Notes under the pieces: generated by a model
The model's database searches: none
What the model was told of the DNA's origin: nothing
What the model saw: the letters and a program-made list of their open reading frames with translations, nothing else
Shown here: positions 57,703 through 64,000 of the stretch, in pieces
Numbering within the stretch: the stretch's first letter is position 1
Layout: each line of letters begins with the position of its first letter
Origin: Botryllus schlosseri
Lineage: Eukaryota
Length of the DNA: 64,000 nucleotides
Assembly (NCBI GenBank): GCA_051294905.1
Contig: CM119377.1
Location: forward strand, 20,708,001 to 20,772,000
Reading direction: 5' to 3'
Made by a program: the position numbers and the translations under genes

Positions 57703-60700
57703 GACTAGGCCTTCAACATACAGTGGCTTGTTGCATAATATACTTGGGTGTTAAGATAATAACACGCACGCAAAGACATATTTCGCGTTCATTTATTTAT
57801 CTGTAGTGGAGTCTATGAATGATTTCTAATCCAGAATTATGGGGTCTTCCTATACAATATTTACAATATGATGTCATGTCTGGCATAAAGAATATGCTAT
57901 AAACAAATGAGTAAGAATTCTCGGAAAGTTGTTACGCCACTCTCTAATTGTTTTGTATTCAATCGTCACCGTACGTCGGTCCTGGCAATTGGTAGGCTAA
58001 TGATCACCCTTGATTGGATTCATCTGTTTCTCGCCATCTGACCAGCGTACGCTGGAGTTTAGGTAACGATCATGCTTCTGCGCTGTATTCTGTTGATTGA
58101 TTGATTGGTAGATATCAATGAATCTATGAATCGGAATTCTGCCCCCAAAGTAGCATACAGCGCGACTAAAATTACTCAAACTAGCCGTGTTCTAATTTTG
58201 AGCACAATTAACAAGGTATACCCATTTGAAGCTCATGCAATGCAAATTTATGCAGGTTAGCAAAACTGAACAACTTCTCATTTACCAGAAAAGTCGTTGA
58301 CTAAGAGGAAAACAATGAGCCTCCAGATTACAACTAATATGACAGTACAAAATCATCGAAGGCAGTAGTTCTTAACCGTGGGACTGCGAAGCAATTTCAG
58401 GGGGTACGCGAACCCTCAAAATTGGCGAAATGGTTTGTAACATACCTATTATTTATTTTAATTAGATAAAGCACGAGTCAGTTTCGCTTGTTAGCTCGTA
58501 AAATCTCTGGACACACTTCAACAGAATGGAGGTTTTGCTGGGGTTTGTAGAAAAAAACTTGATGTAGCAAGGTCAATCAGGGTGACTTAAAATTAATTGT
58601 AAAAACCCATTTTCTTCCGTATGATATACATATTACTTATATTCCGGAAATATGAGCTACTTGATAAAAATGACTAGGCTGGAAGTTATGTTTTTATTAA
58701 AACTCTATTCCTCAATTTGGTGTCAATATGTTGCTAACATAGCCAAATATCTTGTCGGAAGCGTTACTCGTTATTATCATCACATATATTTGCGTAGATG
58801 GATTTTAGCACTAGCTCATATCAAACCGAAGGCTCGGATGTTCAAGACACGATCACGTGTTTCAAGAACTACAACTACAGATATCGTATTCAAATAATAA
58901 AACTCCACCCTATTTCTATATAAATAGTATGATATAATTTTCAAGAAAATAAATTATGTTGCTGTTTATCACTAGCCTACAGTTAATATTTGCACGCGAC
59001 ATATGACGGTTGAATGATAATAACTGAGCTAAATTTGAGCCAAAACTTGGATAGGGTCGTCGCGGGTCAGTTACGGTTCAAAAGACTTTCGCGAAGACAA
59101 AAAGGTTGTGAACAAGATAAGATGCGCTTATTCTTCATGTTTAGGGTTTTAAATGTTTACGATGTGCCATTTTGGTCGTATATCCAATGATGCCCAAACT
59201 TCTCCAAAACTAAACCGCGTGTCTGCATACCCTTGTAGTTTTAATTGGGAATCAACGCTGTATCGCTGGCGCGACGATGAATTTTACTTTAATACCGCCT
59301 CAGTAGCTACATTTCACACTACGGTGATGTTTCAGTAACTCTTTGTTTATCCACAGGAACGAAATACCATGTCAACATCCAAAACAGACACCGCTGTGTT
59401 TACCTTCATCTACAAATCTGCACCATCGCTCTCGTCAACTACATCACTAAAAGTGGATGATAATGACCACTCGGTTGTGCCGCGAGATGGCGCACAACCT
59501 TCTCTCCACGTTCGATAATTTTCGTCTCTGCTGTTTATGTAACGCAGTAATCCCCGAACCGTGTGCAATCGCAGACCCCCAGGCGTACCTCGTATTATTT
59601 TGGAATTTTGTTAACAAACAGTACACGTTTTTACGAAGACAAGCATCTGAGCTGCGACTTAAAAATAGTACATGGTACAATGTAACCAGAAAGTACACTG
59701 CCAATAGAGTATGGATAGCGAAATAATTCTTTATAATTCGGATGCTATGTTGGGGTAAATGTCGAACTTTCATCGTTTTAGATTTGCACTGGCCGGTTGG
59801 TGTTTGTGGTTCTATCATCTAACCTAATGGCCCCTTCTCAATTACTGATCGGTATAGAGTGTTTGACTATTACGGCTTTAGGCATCAGTATAATAATAAA
59901 TATCAACCTGTTTGTGGAAAAGTATTTTGGTGACATTGCTAGAACACCCTTCAAGAATGAGACTACACAGCAAAACCCCAAGCGTAAATATAAGGAAACA
60001 AAATTCAGTAAGAGTGTATTGATTCGAGACCAGAAATAATCACATTTGTTTCAGCAGTATCTGTGGTGATGCCTTACCTAATGAGTCACTTTCTCCAAGT
60101 AAAGTTAGCATACTATTGGGCAACACGTGAGTAAGTGGTCAGTAGAGCTGTGCTTCTCCGGAGGTAGGTTTCACCAGTGTACTGTATTAACGTGGTGTGT
60201 TATATAGGATGGGTTATCTGTTACAATATTTTGGGAATCTGAAGGGAGGACATTTTTGCAAAATGTTCAGACTTAAAATATCAGTATAAAATTCGGAAAA
60301 ATTGGTAAAAAGGTCATTTTTCGACTCAACTCCAGAAATACACACTTTTATTGAATTCTCCGTAAGTAGACTAAAAAAAGGTCAACTTTCTGGCTCAACT
60401 CCCGACAGGCCCGCCGGAACGTTACTTTGGTACTTATTTCATATATACAAGTTGAATTTTAACATACATTTAACCAGAATTTTCAAAGAAGAGGACAAAT
60501 TCTCAAATAGGATGACATTTGGGCGTCCTCCGAGGACAGACACAGACAGATCTTTTGATGTGGGGCAATATTCATTCAACGAAAATGGGGCTGGATGTTT
60601 ATGCGTTGATGGTAGATATGCAATAAAATTGCTATAGTTACCACAAAAATGCCTGGTATAGACGAACACTTGTTAAGAAATGCCACGCTGATATACTCTC

Positions 60701-61883
60701 GAATACTCGAATACTCTCGATACGAATATATGTGCGCGTATTATTAAATTACAATGACATTCAAAATTATATTTGAGTATTCGTGGAAGCGGTTTTACAG
60801 TGGTTAACTAAATCTCGCTGCTTGATTCGACACCATATTTAGGCTTTTTGTGTCTGGAACTTTATTTTACCATTGGTGTTTTAATTGCGAGCTGTGAAAG
60901 GAGTTTCTCAAAGCTGAAATTATGAAGTAGTCGTATTTACGTTCTGATGATATGGTCCAACGATTATATCTATAGAAAGAGACTACGTTCCAAAACTCAT
61001 TGATTTTGCTTCGGCGAAAGCTCAAAATTTCAATTTTAGGCAGCTGGTGATCTTTTTTGCCTCGCTAATTCATTTGTCCTCCATTTATGTCTTTTATTTT
61101 TGTCTTAACGGTGAGACATTGAGGCTTCTTCCTCAAGACAATATCGAACTTCTATGAGGACGTGGCACATTATTTGGAAGGATTTTCATCGAAAAGATTG
61201 ATTGAACAAGAAACTATTCGAAAATCTGCTACAGTCTACTTAGAGCGGCATTTTCAACGAATGCCACGGCGGCAGCATATGCTCGTGCGCCACAGCATCC
61301 CTTCAAGTATTACGGTTACACATTTATTATGCGTATTGAGTGGTCTATTTAGCCCGCATGTTATTTGTGTCACGAAAGCTATCGCTGCAAGATGAGAGCA
61401 AATTGTAGAAAGCTCTTCGTCGTCAGCAATATCACGTCACTGCCACACGCCCAATGTTCATTCGAGAACTATGAGTTGTCGCTCACCAGAAATGATATTG
61501 GACACGCATAATTTTTGAACGCCGGATTCAATTGCGGTACAGTGAATAATAAGTGAAATAATGAGCATTTTCTATCAGAGGTAATCAGGCATTACGGCTA
61601 ATTCGCATCATTTATCTAGGTGTTCCGGTAATCACACAGAACACGTGCATGTTCGACCGACGAATGCGGAAAATCTTGCGTTTTGAGCGTGGATGCGATT
61701 GACTAATATGCGTAAGCTCTACATTTACAACGCAACACAGTTAGGTGGACGCATCGTGCTAATGACTTTATCCAGTTCTAGTAACACCCGACGTTGAGGT
61801 ACCCCGTGGCAATCATCTTGGTTAAAATAGCCGCCTCGCCAATTCAAATTACAGTTATTTGAATGTCATCCTGGACCACGGGT

Positions 61884-62046
61884 GGCGTGATAGCGTAGTG
61901 GTACGCTCCACAGTTGTAATAGCCTACACATGGATTGCAAGTCGGAGTTCGACTCCAGAATTCCCATCCAAGTGTTGGAGACATATATAGGCTCCCCTCA
62001 ACCTCCGATCCGCGTAGGCGGTGTCCCAAAAGCCTAGAAGTGGGCC
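61884..62046 (+). mobile_element. tRNA-derived SINE (same family as 4441-4611)
   Basis: A-box TAGCGTAGTGG, B-box GAGTTCGACTCC. Body blocks aagtgttg.ag, tat.ta.gctcc, gt(a/g)gcggtgtc and aaag.ct.gaagtg are shared with the 4.5-kb copy. Confidence 0.72.
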
Positions 62047-63221
62047 GTGCTACAATTCCTGGCATATAGGGAATCACGATAAAAAGCAAATCAGCCTCGT
62101 GTAAAATAACTAACACAGTCGAAACATTAGCAATACCAAAGAAATTCTTCAGCCACGAACTTTATCATGATAAGCTGTATGACACTCCATTGTTCGCGAA
62201 ACCGTTGTAATAGTACATATATTACATTTCGTACTTATTACCGTTAATACTTTCATGTGCCACGTGAACGGCCCTTTTGGTGGTGGCAGTATAGAAGCCT
62301 TCCCGTCTATTGAGTATACCTACTCCGATACGGATGAACAGGACACATTACGCATTCCCTCTATCACACATTTATAACCGAACGTCTATCGTATATTCGT
62401 GATTCGTGACCAACGCAACTAATCCCTTGACTATAACTAGCCAATGAACACATTTGCATGAGGCAAACTGTCGTTTTGGTAGTGTGGACTGTCGTATTAA
62501 GAGCTCACCAGGACCATCGGCTGTCGTATGTCCCTATAGCGATGTGATTCCGAAACTGTGCGCCGCCATATAATCTCAGGTGTGCCGCTACTCTTTCTGA
62601 GATTTTGATGATGAGGCCTACAGACAAGCAGATTCGAGTTGAAAGCGATCTGACCGCTTCTGCAGGCAGATAAATAATCACATGCAACAATGTCCATGAA
62701 ACCGATCATGGCATAGCCGAGGGCTAAATGCAACACTATGATAGAGCGGCTATGCCTGTATAAAATTCTCTGATTCATTTCAAATCAATACTAAGGCAAT
62801 TTTTTTAACCTAAAAAACGGAAGATTTTGATCTGAAATATCAAAATTTTTACATTTTGTGACCTTAAAATCTTAATTTTGACCAAACGCATGAAAATAAG
62901 GTGTTTTCCAACATGATGTGATAATTGTACTACTTATCTTCATTTCTGGTTCAAACTGTCTGTCCTTACGAAGTAGTTATGCCTGAAAAAACTTTTTGAC
63001 TTTAAAACTGACAACTTTTTTCACGAAAAAACTTGATTTTAACGAAATCTGGCCTATAAAGAATTCCAGTAGTAACATCACGTATTATGGCAGAAACAAA
63101 TAAATCTGTTGTAGTACAACGAAAGATACTTTCTTACATTCTCGAGTTGAGAGTGTCTGTCCTTACTAAGTAGCTTGCCAAGAATGGGAAAGAACGTTCA
63201 ACAGTATAGCAGTTGTTGACT

Positions 63222-63567
63222 GACAACACTGCATTGCGCAAACTCGCAAAAACGGTCCCATGCCGTTTGCCGGCTGCTGAACGACATTTCCGCATAAGCG
63301 GTCATCTAGTGCGGCATCAAGACCATCAACCAGCCGCCGCCATCATGAACCCCATTCCGACGGAGCCATGACGCAGAGGTGGCTGGAATAGAACCACGTG
63401 GCGCTCGACAATAGAGAACGAACTAGCGCAACGCGGGCTGTCGCTCGAAGACGCCCACGGTCGCCCACGCTGGAGGCGCTTAACAAGAGCCCAAACTGAT
63501 TATCTTGATGGTCTTTTGTTTCCTGTTTTCTTTCGCCTTTTTTATTTAATTGAAAGTCGATATATAT
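63222..63567 (+). mobile_element. 3' fragment of the same RTE family as 12091-13469
   Basis: Collinear with about 13130-13469, including the identical end aaagtcgatatatat. Confidence 0.9.
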
Positions 63568-64000
63568 GTACTATGTACATTGTACACTGCTGGTGACACA
63601 CCGTGTTGCTTCATTTTGTCAATGGTGTCTACATCAAATTGTTTCGTAATCCGCTTTGTGATAAAAGAACCATGCAATGCCCACGCATTCTTGCTTCAGT
63701 TAGGGTTTTGCGGTACGTTGAGCATAACACCATGTCAACCTATTCGTTTTATTTGAATGTTTATGATTCGCAATGAGCAGACAATGGGCCTTCTGCGACG
63801 GTGGGCCTATAAAGTAGGCTACAAGCTGTAAATTGTCAAATGATAAGTTCCCCGACGATGCAAAACCTACTATGCAAACGAAATGCAGTTTGTAAAAATT
63901 TTTGACTTTGTTTACAATTTTGACATTTTTTGACCAAACGCTACAATTTTGACCTAATTTTGACTTTCTTAGACATGTCAAGAAAATTGCCCTGATCATT

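Noticed and set aside
61433-61460. CACGTCA / CCACACGCCC / CCAAT motif cluster as a promoter
   Set aside because: No associated gene identified in the window, and short motifs arise by chance.
62791-63995. TIR element (aaggcaatttt / aaaattgccct) hosting the second RTE fragment
   Set aside because: TIR match is short, the TSD cannot be verified and the window ends 5 bp later.
1-64000. The remaining 60-140-aa ORFs in the supplied track
   Set aside because: They overlap repeats or TEs, are antisense shadows of real frames, or show no recognisable motif. This is the expected background in 64 kb.

Overview
AT-rich animal genomic DNA, probably a marine invertebrate; a tunicate is plausible but the sequence alone does not prove it. 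I can support two host genes. The first is a 4-exon type II membrane C-type lectin (337-6305, +, about 226 aa, QPD motif). The second is a 3.7-kb uninterrupted reading frame (39452-43153, -) encoding a low-complexity, NLS-bearing protein with no domain I recognise. Most of the rest is transposon-derived. It includes many hAT-type MITEs with 8-bp target-site duplications (TSDs) read directly from the sequence, decayed DNA transposases, a GC-rich RTE-clade LINE, a Tx1/L1 fragment, three tRNA-derived SINEs, a near fully palindromic 1.6-kb element and an alternating purine/pyrimidine minisatellite. The most striking structure is a 9.1-9.3-kb nest (about 27.5-36.8 kb) of 7-8 elements inserted concentrically, most layers confirmed by their own TSD. 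I found no CRISPR array, rRNA or bona fide tRNA gene, and no clearly new enzymatic system. The best leads are the nest (possible transposon trap or piRNA-cluster-like locus), the foldback element, the RTE inserted inside a hAT terminus and the orphan ORF. All alignments were done by eye. Family names come from motif recall and need database confirmation.
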